Of a stretch of DNA of 31,976 nucleotides, positions 1 to 10,098 are shown one piece after another (position 1 is the first letter of the stretch; the number at the start of each line of letters is the position of its first letter). Position numbers and translations under genes: made by a program. The notes below the pieces were generated by a model. That model saw only the letters and a program-made list of their open reading frames with translations, was not told where the DNA came from and did no database searches. The DNA is from a virus. Location of the stretch: the UHGV virus genome UHGV-0322013; one strand, given 5' to 3'.

Positions 1-174
1 GAATTCAGCACGATTATGAACGAGCACGAATGGCCTGCTGATGCTATTGAAGTGCAACTGGCACATGCCAACGGCGGATCTGTGCGCGGGATTTACAACC
101 ATGCTCAGTATCTCGATAAACGCAGAGAAATGATGCAGTGGTGGGCGGACTGGATTGATGAAAAGGTAGAGTGA
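1..174 (+). CDS. int: Tyrosine integrase, C-terminal fragment (P4/IntA-type); the 5' part of the gene lies beyond the window
   Basis: Frame 1 reads through from base 1 to TGA at 172-174: EFSTIMNEHEWPADAIEVQLAHANGGSVRGIYNHAQYLDKRREMMQWWADWIDEKVE, matching the conserved C-terminus of P4-family integrases as recalled. Window starts at GAATTC. Confidence 0.8.
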   Translation, partial: EFSTIMNEHEWPADAIEVQLAHANGGSVRGIYNHAQYLDKRREMMQWWADWIDEKVE

Positions 175-198
175 GCGACCTTAACAACTATCGAATAG

Positions 199-247
199 CA
201 CAAAGCCTTGCAGTCCAGTACAAAGCTTTGTGTTCATCATTTTTGTC
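199..247 (+). terminator. Inverted repeat (8-bp arms CACAAAGC / GCTTTGTG, 18-nt spacer) followed by a T-rich run, just downstream of int; possible int terminator and/or part of attP
   Basis: Read directly: cacaaagc-cttgcagtccagtacaaa-gctttgtg then ttcatcatttttgtc. Confidence 0.3.
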
Positions 248-302
248 TCATCAACCACAGTAAGTCATCGATCGATTAAGAATTTGATGATAGTTTTGTC
301 AA

Positions 303-2219
303 CTATAGCAATCTTATTTCTCCACCATGAACATTTATTGGCGTCATAAGAAGTGGACTCTCTACTACGACAAACCCATTTTCATTACTTATAACCGGGG
401 TCTTTGATTCATCAGATGTTGAAATAACCATCGCTTTATCTCCTGCCACAACACCTAACCAAAACCATGTCCCTAAGTTATGATCTATCTTCAATGCTAA
501 AAAAATAAGCTGTGTATCAGAGTATTGTATTTGCGTTGTCCATTTTGCTCTAGTGTCTGAACCTGAAACCTCTGTAGAAACACTTGCGCCAACTGTATGT
601 GCAGCGGAGCTACCGTTACTCATTTTACCGTTAACAAGTTGCGGGTGGTATTTGCTTGTTTGTTTTGCTTTTCCTATCACTGAACTAAGACCTAAATCCG
701 GGCTATAGAACACTATTGTCTGTTCCACTGTGCTGGCTTCTTTTGCCACTACTGCCGGCAATGTAGTCCCTCCGGCCTTAATGTCAGTTTGCCAGTGAAT
801 ATCTGAAAGATTGTATGGAGATCCCTCGTTAATGTCCCACCAAACCGCTCCGCCACCTATACGGTTATTAGGCATAATTCTTACGTTGGTATTGTCGTCG
901 AATGCACCAAACATTTTCATACTGCTACCGTAAATCCAGCAGTTATCCAGCGTAATGTTATTGGCGCTCGTTGCTATAACCCCATACACATTGCTTTCGT
1001 TTGACTCTATGTAGCATGAATCAAACTTGATGTTATATGCACCTGCAATCCAAACACCGTGAGTACGAAAACTTTCAATACCACAGTTGAACAGCGTAAG
1101 TGCCTCTACCGCACCTTCAAACTTAAAACCTACATCACACTCTCCTGTGTGAACCGATACTAATGGCTGAATGTTGCATTCATCAGTAAAGTGATAGCGA
1201 TGCAGACCAGTAGTATATGTACCATTGCACTGAAGATTTCGAAATAAAGAGTAAAAGCAGCGCTGAGTGTAAACCAACTGCTGGACATTTACTCCAACAA
1301 TATCTGTAACCTCGCATCCAAATACATGATTCCGCAAACGTAACCCCTGATAGAAATTAATCAGTGTGGCATTGCGAATTATTGTTCCTATGGTTAGATA
1401 CTCTTCACCAGACTTTCCAAATACAGAAGATATAGCACCACTAGAAGCTATATAACCAGTCTCAATGAATACGTTATTTTCGTCGGAAGTATCGTCGCGG
1501 CCTACGATGCGAGCGCCCTGAAAATCGATCACTTGCACCCGACGATTAGGGAAATTAGTTGCTTCAATGTCAGATGGAGATTCTGAAGCCAACACATAAA
1601 CTTTACCAGCGATGTAATAGCTTTTCCACGGAGTGGCTACTACTTTAACACCACCTGCACGCCACGCAGCAATCAGAGCGGCCTGAAATGCGTATGTGTC
1701 GTCATGCTTGCTTGGGTTATCTTCTCCGTTTAATAAGTAGGCATCGCCATACGCACCAAAGTCATCTACATTAATTTCCTGATTAAAGTAGTCAGATGCT
1801 TTTCTGGTTGCAGCATCAGCATAAGGCTTCTTAAATGAAATATAAGAAGCACCATCATCAGATGATAATCGCGAAGAAAGTTGATCAGGGTCATACTTCA
1901 GCACATTAGGAAAATAGAATTGCCGCGCTCCATACGCATCATAAACAGCCATAGAGTGGCCTTGCACAGTTACGAACTTGGCAATCTGTCCGTTATATAC
2001 CGGATATCCGGCAGCGTTAATGATGATTGGTTGCGAAACAGGAACGCGAGAGCCGTCTTCGTTCTCTACATAAACCTGAACCCGGTTTTCAGGATTTACC
2101 GGGTCAGTGTCAATTTTCCCGATATAAATTTCGCCATTGGCTACGGCTTTAAAAGAACGCGCCATAGTGAAGAGTTGAGAAGGCATCGATACAATCACAT
2201 TGGCTGTAATGTCTGTCAT
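303..2219 (-). CDS. Tailspike protein: P22 gp9-like N-terminal head-binding domain with a divergent C-terminal receptor-binding (probable polysaccharide depolymerase) domain
   Basis: 638-aa ORF; the N-terminal ~110 aa ([29 protein letters not shown]...[13 protein letters not shown]...NVLKYDPDQ) match the P22 tailspike head-binding domain from memory; the rest is unrelated to P22 gp9. RBS GGAG upstream of ATG. Confidence 0.9.
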   Translation of the reverse strand: MTDITANVIVSMPSQLFTMARSFKAVANGEIYIGKIDTDPVNPENRVQVYVENEDGSRVPVSQPIIINAAGYPVYNGQIAKFVTVQGHSMAVYDAYGARQFYFPNVLKYDPDQLSSRLSSDDGASYISFKKPYADAATRKASDYFNQEINVDDFGAYGDAYLLNGEDNPSKHDDTYAFQAALIAAWRAGGVKVVATPWKSYYIAGKVYVLASESPSDIEATNFPNRRVQVIDFQGARIVGRDDTSDENNVFIETGYIASSGAISSVFGKSGEEYLTIGTIIRNATLINFYQGLRLRNHVFGCEVTDIVGVNVQQLVYTQRCFYSLFRNLQCNGTYTTGLHRYHFTDECNIQPLVSVHTGECDVGFKFEGAVEALTLFNCGIESFRTHGVWIAGAYNIKFDSCYIESNESNVYGVIATSANNITLDNCWIYGSSMKMFGAFDDNTNVRIMPNNRIGGGAVWWDINEGSPYNLSDIHWQTDIKAGGTTLPAVVAKEASTVEQTIVFYSPDLGLSSVIGKAKQTSKYHPQLVNGKMSNGSSAAHTVGASVSTEVSGSDTRAKWTTQIQYSDTQLIFLALKIDHNLGTWFWLGVVAGDKAMVISTSDESKTPVISNENGFVVVESPLLMTPINVHGGEIRLL

Positions 2220-2275
2220 TTAATTTGCTCCAGATACAAGGAATCGCCGCAGCATGGCCACGGTGAAATTTGGGC

Positions 2276-2300
2276 ATAAAAAAACCCAGCCTAAGCTGGG
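2276..2300 (-). terminator. Rho-independent terminator between ant and the tailspike gene (P22 T-ant analogue)
   Basis: Minus strand reads CCCAGC-TTAG-GCTGGG followed by TTTTTTT. Confidence 0.6.
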
Positions 2301-2319
2301 TCGTTGCGTTGGTTATCTG

Positions 2320-3255
2320 TCAGTAGTTATGTACTGAAGGAGGTAATTCTTTATTCTTAAGTCTCATCCATGCGGAAAGATTCGTTGGTCCGTCTGGCTC
2401 ATTAATATCAACATCTCGTGTGTGATTGATTAAAACGTCTCTCGCCATTCCGATAACATACGAGAACTCATGACCGTAGTCGTAGCATCTGCCTGAATAG
2501 TTCGATTGAATTTGTTTTAGCGCCGGATACAGTTCGCGGAATAATGCCTGTGAGCGGTTGGCATAATCCCATAACCATACAAGGCTGTTTGCTTCTTTTG
2601 CAGAAAGCTCGTTGGTTTTCTTCTCTTGTTTGCCGATGAACTCGCCTTCGAGCGGAACGCGAGCTGCAAGTGACAGTGCTTCGGCAAACTGCTCCTCACT
2701 GATTTCTTTGTACGAACATCCAAAATGGGATTTCAGTGACGACCACATGGTGATCATCGCCTTAGCCTGTTTTTCTTTTGGCAGAGACTGACCGCGACTC
2801 ATGACGAGTTGTTTAATGGCTTCCTGCTGTTCAGTGGTGATTTTACCAGGCAACGCCTTTTTAGCTTTGCGTGGGTTAACTACATGGCCTTTAGTCCAGT
2901 AGTCATGCAGCACGCTAAAGCATTCCTCCTGGTACTGAATCAGTTTATCACGGATGTCAGCACGAACTTTCTCAGGGTTGATGCTGAACAGCCATCCATT
3001 TAACTTCTTCAAAGGAAGGCAGAGTAGCTTACGAAGCTTCCCATCAGCGGCAACCATGTTCATATGAACACAGTTGAATTTGCTAATCTGCTTCATGAGT
3101 TTTGTTTGCTGCGTTGACCAGCTCATTCCAAGGTTTTCAACGATTGGCTTCATCGCAACATATGCAACTCCGGCAGCCATGGCGGTGATAATTTGCTGAC
3201 CGTTGAATGGTACGTAAGAGGTGTTCACTGCTTCTAAAATTGCTATACTATTCAT
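2320..3255 (-). CDS. ant: Antirepressor Ant (P22 immI type)
   Basis: Track ORF 2320..3321; start placed at internal ATG ([46 protein letters not shown]...) which matches the P22 Ant N-terminus and has a GGAG RBS; 311 aa. Confidence 0.85.
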   Translation of the reverse strand: MNSIAILEAVNTSYVPFNGQQIITAMAAGVAYVAMKPIVENLGMSWSTQQTKLMKQISKFNCVHMNMVAADGKLRKLLCLPLKKLNGWLFSINPEKVRADIRDKLIQYQEECFSVLHDYWTKGHVVNPRKAKKALPGKITTEQQEAIKQLVMSRGQSLPKEKQAKAMITMWSSLKSHFGCSYKEISEEQFAEALSLAARVPLEGEFIGKQEKKTNELSAKEANSLVWLWDYANRSQALFRELYPALKQIQSNYSGRCYDYGHEFSYVIGMARDVLINHTRDVDINEPDGPTNLSAWMRLKNKELPPSVHNY

Positions 3256-3320
3256 GTTGGTTTTTCTCCACGGATTTACTGACAACCGAAGCCCTGACTG
3301 TTCCCGCAGTTGGGGCTTCA
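3250..3320 (+). ncRNA. Candidate sar-like antisense RNA covering the ant ribosome-binding site (arc-ant intercistronic region)
   Basis: Plus strand has a TATACT -10-like hexamer inside the ant 5' end, then sequence antisense to the ant RBS and a stem (GAAGCCC / GGGCTTC). By analogy to P22 sar; boundaries are approximate. Confidence 0.3.
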
Positions 3321-3323
3321 ACT

Positions 3324-3485
3324 TTACGCGCCAATGCGCCCTTCCTTCTTAAAGCTGTCCATTACTCTCTGATAAATCTCAGAGTTAACAGATCGACCAT
3401 TCTCTTCCGCCACCTTGCGTACCAAATCCAATACTTCTTTAGGCCACCGCAAATTGAACTGCGGCATTTTGCTCATTCCTTTCAT
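3324..3485 (-). CDS. arc: Arc repressor (ribbon-helix-helix)
   Basis: Internal start of track ORF 3324..3548 gives [53 protein letters not shown] (53 aa), near-identical to P22 Arc as recalled. Confidence 0.9.
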   Translation of the reverse strand: MKGMSKMPQFNLRWPKEVLDLVRKVAEENGRSVNSEIYQRVMDSFKKEGRIGA

Positions 3486-3575
3486 ATTCACCTCACAATA
3501 TGGGTCCACCGTGGACCTATTGAGAATATAGTAGAGTGCTTCTATCATGTCAATACACTAACTTGGAGTGATGGC
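3486..3575. promoter_or_regulatory. immI divergent promoter/operator region: Mnt operator palindrome (about 3502-3518) and Arc operator (about 3528-3548) overlapping Pant and Pmnt
   Basis: GGGTCCACCGTGGACCT is a perfect palindrome matching the P22 Omnt core; ATAGTAGAGTGCTTCTATCAT is the reverse complement of the 21-bp P22 arc operator as recalled. Confidence 0.75.
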
Positions 3576-3827
3576 ATGGCTAGAGATGATCCGCACTTTA
3601 ACTTCCGTATGCCTATGGAAGTAAGGGAGAAATTAAAATTCAGGGCGGAGGCGAATGGGAGATCAATGAACTCTGAGTTGTTACAAATCGTCCAAGATGC
3701 TCTATCAAAACCATCGCCTGTGACTGGATATCGTGACGATGCAGAACGACTCGCTGATGAACAGTCAGATCTTGTTAAGAAGATGGTGTTTGATACGCTG
3801 AAGGATTTGTACAAAAAACCCACCTGA
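3576..3827 (+). CDS. mnt: Mnt repressor (ribbon-helix-helix; maintenance of lysogeny)
   Basis: Internal ATG of track ORF 3207..3827 gives MARDDPHFNFRMPMEVREKLKFRAEANGRSMNSELLQIVQDALSKPSPVTGYRDDAERLADEQSDLVKKMVFDTLKDLYKKPT (83 aa), matching P22 Mnt; GGAG RBS 8 nt upstream. Confidence 0.9.
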   Translation: MARDDPHFNFRMPMEVREKLKFRAEANGRSMNSELLQIVQDALSKPSPVTGYRDDAERLADEQSDLVKKMVFDTLKDLYKKPT

Positions 3828-3845
3828 AGGTGGGTCCTATTTATT
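3812..3845. terminator. Bidirectional rho-independent terminator between convergent mnt and the lipoprotein gene
   Basis: AAAAAACCCACC-TGAA-GGTGGGT then CCTATTTATT; the mnt stop codon TGA is the hairpin loop; A/T runs on both sides. Confidence 0.6.
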
Positions 3846-4263
3846 AGTCTTGCTTTGTTGATGGTATAAGAGATGCGTTTGCCTCTTTTGGCTTCAAGGT
3901 ATACATTCCACCATTAAATGGATCTACAGCAAGCCAACCAATTAACCCACCAAACACAAGGTTCCCACCAATATACCAACCATTAGCATTGGCTTTGATT
4001 GGCAGGGTAACTGGTTCATACCCATCCTTCTCCATAGTGATCTGGTAGCTCTTTTTGCCAAAATAGCTACCATCTGACTTGGCGAGTGTTACACCTTGTG
4101 GGGTCTTACCTTGCGCAACAATCACACCTGACTCATCTTTTACCTTAAAGCTCGCGCCAGAAGGATTGCTGTTCACTTGCACAAGTTGCGTTTCATCACC
4201 AACAATAGTTGCGCACCCAGATAACATGATAACGCCAGCGACGACGCTAATAATCCTCTTCAT
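3844..4263 (-). CDS. Lipoprotein of unknown function (PEGA-like beta domain, Gly-rich hydrophobic C-terminus); accessory gene in the P22 sieA position
   Basis: Track ORF 3844..4275; likely start at MKRIISVVAGVIMLSGC (signal peptide with lipobox LSGC). The mature part shows a PEGA-like pattern (VQVNSNPSGASFKV...GKTPQGVTLAKSDG...DGYEPVTLPI) and ends GGNLVFGGLIGWLAVDPFNGG. Confidence 0.7.
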   Translation of the reverse strand: MKRIISVVAGVIMLSGCATIVGDETQLVQVNSNPSGASFKVKDESGVIVAQGKTPQGVTLAKSDGSYFGKKSYQITMEKDGYEPVTLPIKANANGWYIGGNLVFGGLIGWLAVDPFNGGMYTLKPKEANASLIPSTKQD

Positions 4264-4380
4264 ATCAATTTCCATATTAAAAAAAACGGAAACATCCTAA
4301 TGACAAACCATTCAAATGTGAAGTAGGCAAAAGATGTTTACTTTTTTCATGGTATCCTGCTCAAAACTAAGGAGGTTGGT

Positions 4381-4704
4381 GTGTATACAACAGTTATCGT
4401 GATAGCTATCGCACTCATTGTGGTTCAGTATCAACTGGCATCTTTAAAACAAAAGATATTTGACCTCAAGACTGAGAACGAAGCACTTAAAAACTCAATA
4501 AAAGATGAGAAGAACAAACTATCATTCACTATATCTGATATTGAGCAATCCATTGAAATTATTGAGAATAATATTAACAGACTAAAAAAAGAAGATATTC
4601 ATGAAATCAATAACAATATCAAGGATTTGAAATCTTGGATTAGGAATGTAGGACAAATCTCCACATCAACACGAGATAAGCTCAATCCATCCATGGATGA
4701 CTAA
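4381..4704 (+). CDS. Small membrane-anchored coiled-coil protein, unknown function (AT-rich accessory gene)
   Basis: 107-aa ORF with GTG start 5 nt after AAGGAGG; N-terminal hydrophobic helix (YTTVIVIAIALIVVQY) then heptad-like K/E/N-rich sequence; very AT-rich; on the opposite strand to the flanking late genes. Confidence 0.6.
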   Translation: MYTTVIVIAIALIVVQYQLASLKQKIFDLKTENEALKNSIKDEKNKLSFTISDIEQSIEIIENNINRLKKEDIHEINNNIKDLKSWIRNVGQISTSTRDKLNPSMDD

Positions 4705-6816
4705 TTACTCCTGTGCCATTCCGCTTAGCGATGCCACAATTCCAGCCCTCGCTAAACGCTGGAACTCTTCGTTTCCTAGTGCATCGCGTATTGCTTTTAC
4801 GGCGGCTTTATTTGCCATAAATCTGCGTTCCGCCGCCGCTAATGCTTCTTTACTTCCGCCAGATCTTACTGCTTTCGTGGCTTCCTGAACTGCTTTCTCT
4901 ATCGCATATCGACCACTACGTGTGGTGGCAATTTTAGATACAGCACCTTTTAACCCGGCGCCAACTAAAGCACCTGCGGCAGCGCCTGCAATGCCCCCTC
5001 CTGCTCCACCAACAATGGCACCTGATGTTGAGTTGGCAATTGCATTTAACACTGTTGATGTGACGTTGGATAAACCGGCATCCAGATCGCGTAGTACATT
5101 GGCAGTTCTCCCTGTTCTTTCAATATACTGCTGAGGTTTCACTGCTGCTCTTGCAAGAGTGCCATATGCATCAGCAATTCTTCCGAGTTCTGAGGAATAT
5201 CTGCTAATGGCTTTTACATTTTGTGGGGTAAGTATCCCTGCGATATGGTTAATTCCTGCTGCATCAGATTTGCCACCACGTACACCATGCGAGATAGCAT
5301 CCTGCAACATTGATGATATAGCAGGAACACGCTCTGATTCTGGCAGCGCGCGGATCATAGAATGGAATCCAGCAGGACCATTAAGACCTTTAGCTGACGA
5401 TGATTGAAGAGATTTTACTCCATTCGTAATCAGTGCATCTGTTGCCAAATCACGCCCAAAGACAGACTCTGCACTCTCTTGTGCGGATAACCTCGCTTTA
5501 GACAGATCATTAGCTTTTTGCCAGTCATCAAGAAATCCGCCGTTTTCCGCCATTGTGCGCATATCATCAGTAATTGCCCGGCGTATTTCCCCTGCTCTCC
5601 TTGCCGCATTTGCCTCTCCGCTACGCTTATATTTTTGCTCCGCATCAGCAAATTTCGCTCTCCATGCTTTCATGCCATCAAATGTTACTCCACCTTGATT
5701 GTTTGCCTGAACAAACTGTTTCATTTCAGGAGTAAGCGGTATGCCAGCAGATCGCTCAGCCTGAATAACGGCATTACCATTTAGCATTCTTGCTTTTTGA
5801 TTTGGCATTGTTGACCGCACGTCATCCCATGCCGCGCGCTCGGCATCCTTCATCTGATCAAGATTTTGAAGAATCCTTTGTTTTATAGCCGCACTTTTTT
5901 CTGAGGCTGTTCCAGATGCTGCCCCAAATTCATCAAGGTTTCGACTTAACTTTGATGATATTTCGTTAAATGCTGCCTGATGGGCGTCCTGAACAATTCC
6001 TGGTGTTGATGCCAATGCGCCTTCTGCTTGTGCAATTCCACGACTTCCAGATCGCATTCCTGGTGTTAATGCGTTTATATCAATTCCAGCAGACTCAGCC
6101 GCTTTTGCTACATCTTCTGACACATTAGCGGCCTGACTGGCAATTGACTGACGCCCAGAACCTGACTTTGCCATCCTGGAAACATCATTAGCAGAATTCA
6201 GTGCTGCACCACCAAGAGCCTGTGAAACCCTTGGCGCAATAACGCGCTCGACACCTGAAAGAACGCCTTGAGCACCAATATTGATACCACCGTTAATGGC
6301 AGCATTTTGTGCAAAATCACCCTCCTGATTTGCAGCATCAGCAAGAGAACCTGCAATCATGTTTCCTGCGGAACCGATGTCTCCTGCGAGCTTTGCTGGC
6401 GATCCAGCAGCTTTTGCCGCTGTGCCAATTGGCAGGAGATACCCACCAATTGTTTCACCAGCTTGCGCGTAAGGGTCTGTCGGTCGATCGACTGGACGAT
6501 AGACATCATCCAAAACCTTGGGGCCACCAAGCCCCTGGCTGATTGCATTAATCAGACTTGCGCCACCCTGCAATACGTCAAATGGTATGTTTACCAGACC
6601 ACGGCCAGCCTGTTCTGCAATTTGCCCTGCGCTTTGACCACCAGTGAGCCAGTCAGTGGCTTTTCCTACCAGAGATTGTTCTTCTGGCTGCGATTGGTTT
6701 TGAGTGGATTGATCACCAGAAGACAGCATCTGAGCAATGCGACGTGCTCCCTCAGTATCACCGGCAGCATCAGCATTCCTTAATGCCGTCATCAACTGTT
6801 CGCGACTATAGGCCAT
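4705..6816 (-). CDS. Ejection/internal virion protein, P22 gp16-like (703 aa, longer than P22 gp16)
   Basis: Position after gp20 and Gly/Ala-rich sequence typical of P22 gp16; N-terminus [31 protein letters not shown]. Confidence 0.8.
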   Translation of the reverse strand: MAYSREQLMTALRNADAAGDTEGARRIAQMLSSGDQSTQNQSQPEEQSLVGKATDWLTGGQSAGQIAEQAGRGLVNIPFDVLQGGASLINAISQGLGGPKVLDDVYRPVDRPTDPYAQAGETIGGYLLPIGTAAKAAGSPAKLAGDIGSAGNMIAGSLADAANQEGDFAQNAAINGGINIGAQGVLSGVERVIAPRVSQALGGAALNSANDVSRMAKSGSGRQSIASQAANVSEDVAKAAESAGIDINALTPGMRSGSRGIAQAEGALASTPGIVQDAHQAAFNEISSKLSRNLDEFGAASGTASEKSAAIKQRILQNLDQMKDAERAAWDDVRSTMPNQKARMLNGNAVIQAERSAGIPLTPEMKQFVQANNQGGVTFDGMKAWRAKFADAEQKYKRSGEANAARRAGEIRRAITDDMRTMAENGGFLDDWQKANDLSKARLSAQESAESVFGRDLATDALITNGVKSLQSSSAKGLNGPAGFHSMIRALPESERVPAISSMLQDAISHGVRGGKSDAAGINHIAGILTPQNVKAISRYSSELGRIADAYGTLARAAVKPQQYIERTGRTANVLRDLDAGLSNVTSTVLNAIANSTSGAIVGGAGGGIAGAAAGALVGAGLKGAVSKIATTRSGRYAIEKAVQEATKAVRSGGSKEALAAAERRFMANKAAVKAIRDALGNEEFQRLARAGIVASLSGMAQE

Positions 6817-8090
6817 TACTGACCTCCGAGATATTTATTAATCAGGTCATCATCAGAAAGCTGCTGTTGAGACGGTTGTATGTCCTTCCCGTATTTCTGT
6901 TGCATACGTTTCTGAGCCATCTCAGTGGTTTTTATGATTGTTTTGATAGCTGCTCTGGCTGATTTTTCAGACTGATTTGGGGACAAACTACCAATAGCAT
7001 CCATTACCTTTTGCCCCTCGGCATTACTTAAAGCCCCCATCCCTTTCATCTGCTGAATGCCAGATAAGAATCCCTGAGATTTCAGTGTGTCAACCAGAGT
7101 TTCTGTATCAGCAGCCTCTGTTCCTGGAATGAATCTACTCGATAGTGGGTTTAGGTTTGTTCCGAAATATCCCGTGAATCCTGGACTATTAAGCACTTTT
7201 GTGGCCGTATCTATCGTTCTGGAAAGATTATCCATTCCAGAGTTGTACGCATCTGCCTTATCTCGCTTTGCCTGCTCCATAGCTTGCTGATTCTGCAATC
7301 TCTTGTCCTGCAATTCAGCAAGTTTTAAAGCATTAGTTTCATTTGCGATGAGCCTGTCGTATTTCTTGTCCTCTAATTCCATCCGACGAAGATTGACATT
7401 TTGTTGCGCAATATTGTTGCTTGCCCATCCTCTGGCATTTGTCATGTCATTATTACGGATTGTTTCGTTAATTTTTTGCTGATCCTGCTGGCGACCAACC
7501 ATCTTATCCTGAACAGCAAACGCCTTTTCTGGTCCAAGCGCACCGAGAGACATAGTAGTCAGCATGTGTGATAGCTGCTCTGGATTCTGGATACCTGTCT
7601 GAATCATCCAGTCAGCATTAGCACCAACGCGATTTAACCTGTCCTTGTTGTCAGTAATGAATTTACTGTAGGCTTCCGGTCCCTGAGAAAGAGCGACGTT
7701 AGCCCTCATGGCTAAATCGCCCATATCGTTGCGTTGCTGATCATTAAGACCGGAAAACGCCTGTTGTGCCTGTGCAACAAACGCTGGATTTTCCTGGGCA
7801 AACTTAAATAGTCCCGATGGATCACCAGAAGCCCATGCATCAGCGTGAACCTTATTGAACGCACTAATAGCTTTCTGTTGCTGTTCCTGATTGTAAATAT
7901 CAGCAACTCCAGCCAGACCACGTAACGCGGTCAGGCCAACGTTATTTGCACCTGAGCGAGCCAGTTCATTGTTTTCGCGGATCAGACCAAGCGTTGCGTT
8001 AATGTCGCTTGCCTTTGGCGCATTCTCATTTTGCGTACCGATGCCAGCCAGAAAACCACCAGAATTAATACCCTGTTGCCACGTAGCCAT
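6816..8090 (-). CDS. Ejection protein, P22 gp20-like
   Basis: 424-aa ORF in the conserved P22 order gp7-gp20-gp16; Q/N-rich. Confidence 0.75.
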   Translation of the reverse strand: MATWQQGINSGGFLAGIGTQNENAPKASDINATLGLIRENNELARSGANNVGLTALRGLAGVADIYNQEQQQKAISAFNKVHADAWASGDPSGLFKFAQENPAFVAQAQQAFSGLNDQQRNDMGDLAMRANVALSQGPEAYSKFITDNKDRLNRVGANADWMIQTGIQNPEQLSHMLTTMSLGALGPEKAFAVQDKMVGRQQDQQKINETIRNNDMTNARGWASNNIAQQNVNLRRMELEDKKYDRLIANETNALKLAELQDKRLQNQQAMEQAKRDKADAYNSGMDNLSRTIDTATKVLNSPGFTGYFGTNLNPLSSRFIPGTEAADTETLVDTLKSQGFLSGIQQMKGMGALSNAEGQKVMDAIGSLSPNQSEKSARAAIKTIIKTTEMAQKRMQQKYGKDIQPSQQQLSDDDLINKYLGGQ

Positions 8091-8099
8091 GATTACCCC

Positions 8100-8792
8100 T
8101 TAAAACAACGAGCCAAGCAGACCAAGACCGCCGCCGATCGCAGCCCCCCACGGAGTGGATGAACCAATTAATTTCGCAAGTCCAGCCCCAGCAATAGCAC
8201 CTGACGCACCTCCGCCAATAGCAGATTGCATTGCTGATGGTCTGTTGGCATTTGCCGCTGCAAGAGCCGCACTTTGCTGCGAAATCTGACTCATGTTGTT
8301 GGCATATGTCTGCCCGGCGTTTGCCTGACCTTGCAGTGCGCCAAGACCAACATTTGCCAGATTCTGGTAGTTGTTCATCTGACCAGATAGCCATTGCTGA
8401 CCAAGCGTTGGTGCGATTGTTGCTAACTGATTACTGGTTGCGGTGGAACCCAATCCACCTGTTGCTTCCGCTGCAGCCAGACTCTGATAGCGAGCCTGAC
8501 CTGCAAGGTCTTTATACTGCTGAGAGTTGTAATACTGGTTAAGTGCCTGACCTTGCCCCTCCAGAGACGATAAGTTTTCGAGGCTGCCGACATACTTATC
8601 AGCCAGAGGAGTAAACGGCTTCAGGTTATTCATGATGGTGTTGAACTGCTGATTTTGCAGGTCTGCGGCATACTTCTGAGCTTCTGCGGCATACTTTGCA
8701 CTTTTATCAGAGCTGCCACCTTTCCCGCCTTTTTCAGGGCAATAAGGTTCCTCGCCGCGCAGTTTTCTGCCCAGCTTAAATGCATATAACAT
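8100..8792 (-). CDS. Ejection protein, P22 gp7-like
   Basis: 230-aa ORF (P22 gp7 is 229 aa) with a Gly/Ala-rich C-terminus, in the expected position. Confidence 0.75.
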   Translation of the reverse strand: MLYAFKLGRKLRGEEPYCPEKGGKGGSSDKSAKYAAEAQKYAADLQNQQFNTIMNNLKPFTPLADKYVGSLENLSSLEGQGQALNQYYNSQQYKDLAGQARYQSLAAAEATGGLGSTATSNQLATIAPTLGQQWLSGQMNNYQNLANVGLGALQGQANAGQTYANNMSQISQQSAALAAANANRPSAMQSAIGGGASGAIAGAGLAKLIGSSTPWGAAIGGGLGLLGSLF

Positions 8793-8794
8793 GG

Positions 8795-9250
8795 CTATCT
8801 CCCGTGATTCAGGAAGTCGATTAGTTCTTCGCGTGTAGCACTGTAAAACGTCACGTCATCCACGCCTTTGAAGTATTTCTTGATGGTTCCTACACGATTA
8901 AGGCCAATCATTGCGCAGTACATCTGCCCGTGGCGGAATTTGCGTGCAGCGAACGATGTGACGCACTGAACGGTGGTGTTAGTCAGAATGTATCGCCAGA
9001 ACGCCAGCCCGATTTCCTTGCTGAAGCCGCGAATCTCTGGCAGGTACATGGCGTGGCAATCGAATGTCAGCGGCTGAATCTCCTGATAGTAAACAATTCC
9101 GCCGAACTGCCCGTGCACGTTCACCTCAAAGTAACGGCATTCAGGTTTGTAGTCGTATCCATCACCGTTATTGCTTCCGGCGATAATGTCAGGGTGATTT
9201 CCGACTGCTTCGATCAGGTCGATGTTTCGCGTTGGTTTGAACTGAATCAT
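8795..9250 (-). CDS. P22 gp14-like virion-associated protein
   Basis: 151-aa ORF between the tail needle and gp7 genes, as in P22 gene order. Confidence 0.6.
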   Translation of the reverse strand: MIQFKPTRNIDLIEAVGNHPDIIAGSNNGDGYDYKPECRYFEVNVHGQFGGIVYYQEIQPLTFDCHAMYLPEIRGFSKEIGLAFWRYILTNTTVQCVTSFAARKFRHGQMYCAMIGLNRVGTIKKYFKGVDDVTFYSATREELIDFLNHGR

Positions 9251-10098
9251 TACTGCTCCGCGATTATCTTGATGGTTGTGGCAGTAAACGCCGCACCATT
9301 TGACTGGATGGTTAACGTACTGCCATTTGCGGCAAGAAAGCCGTCTTTATCCACGCTGAAAAACGTAGCTAACAGGATGTTATCGGTCGTTGTCGCCGAG
9401 TTGCGACTGCTTACCAGTGTGTCAGGAACAGAGCCGGAAAAGGTTAGCTGCATTGACCTGTTGGCGGTTCCGCTGGGCCACGTCCCGACGATCGACAGCT
9501 TGAAGAACAAGGTTTTGTTCTCGTTGAACACAACCATCTTGTTGTTAACGGTGTCGAAGAATGGTGCCAACGAGCCGGATGACGGCGTGAGCGTTTTCAG
9601 CAGGCTAACAAGGTTAGTCGGCGCTGTCGGGATGGTTACTGATACGCCAGAGTAAACAACCTCTGATTTCTTACGAGTAGTGGCATACTCAAGAGCATCG
9701 ATGCGCGTTTCATGGTCTGAGAGCGTGTTTTGAATGGCGACAACTTCATCCGTCAGATAATCAATATCGTTTTCTGCTGTCGTTAATCGTGAGTCAAGGC
9801 TGACTATCGCTGCTTCTGCGTTAGTGATCCTTGTTTCGTGGTCCTGAATCTTCGCTTCAGCTGATGCCAGTCGAATTTCGTGATCGACCAGAATCACATC
9901 CTGCTCATCGTTCCTGACTTGTGCGTCATAAGCGCCCTGTCCGGCCTCGTTGGCCTTGTTCGCCACGTTACCAACATCAGTACCCTGTGCGATAACGTAC
10001 AGCAGATATGACTGCGAGAAGATATTGCGTGGAAGGACTGATGTGTCGAGCCGTGTAGCCTGAATGATTACCGGCACATTGAGATTCGAATCCGCCAT
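9250..10098 (-). CDS. Tail needle protein (P22 gp26-like coiled-coil N-terminus with an extra C-terminal knob domain)
   Basis: N-terminus [43 protein letters not shown] matches P22 gp26; 282 aa versus 233 in P22, with a non-coiled-coil C-terminal ~120 aa. Confidence 0.85.
   Translation of the reverse strand: MADSNLNVPVIIQATRLDTSVLPRNIFSQSYLLYVIAQGTDVGNVANKANEAGQGAYDAQVRNDEQDVILVDHEIRLASAEAKIQDHETRITNAEAAIVSLDSRLTTAENDIDYLTDEVVAIQNTLSDHETRIDALEYATTRKKSEVVYSGVSVTIPTAPTNLVSLLKTLTPSSGSLAPFFDTVNNKMVVFNENKTLFFKLSIVGTWPSGTANRSMQLTFSGSVPDTLVSSRNSATTTDNILLATFFSVDKDGFLAANGSTLTIQSNGAAFTATTIKIIAEQ

Noticed and set aside
1881-2279. 132-aa plus-strand ORF
   Set aside because: Antisense to the tailspike gene and runs through the ant-tailspike terminator; no RBS.
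3207-3575. Long N-terminal extension of the mnt ORF, and the 92-aa minus-strand ORF 3545..3823
   Set aside because: The extension runs through arc and the operator region; the minus ORF is antisense to mnt. Only the 83-aa Mnt frame matches a known protein.
6268-6783. 171-aa plus-strand ORF (and overlapping 77-aa ORF)
   Set aside because: Antisense to the gp16 gene; Cys/Arg-rich shadow-frame composition and no RBS.
8930-9655. 241-aa plus-strand ORF
   Set aside because: Lies antisense to the well-supported gp14 and tail needle genes, has no RBS, and reads like shadow-frame sequence.
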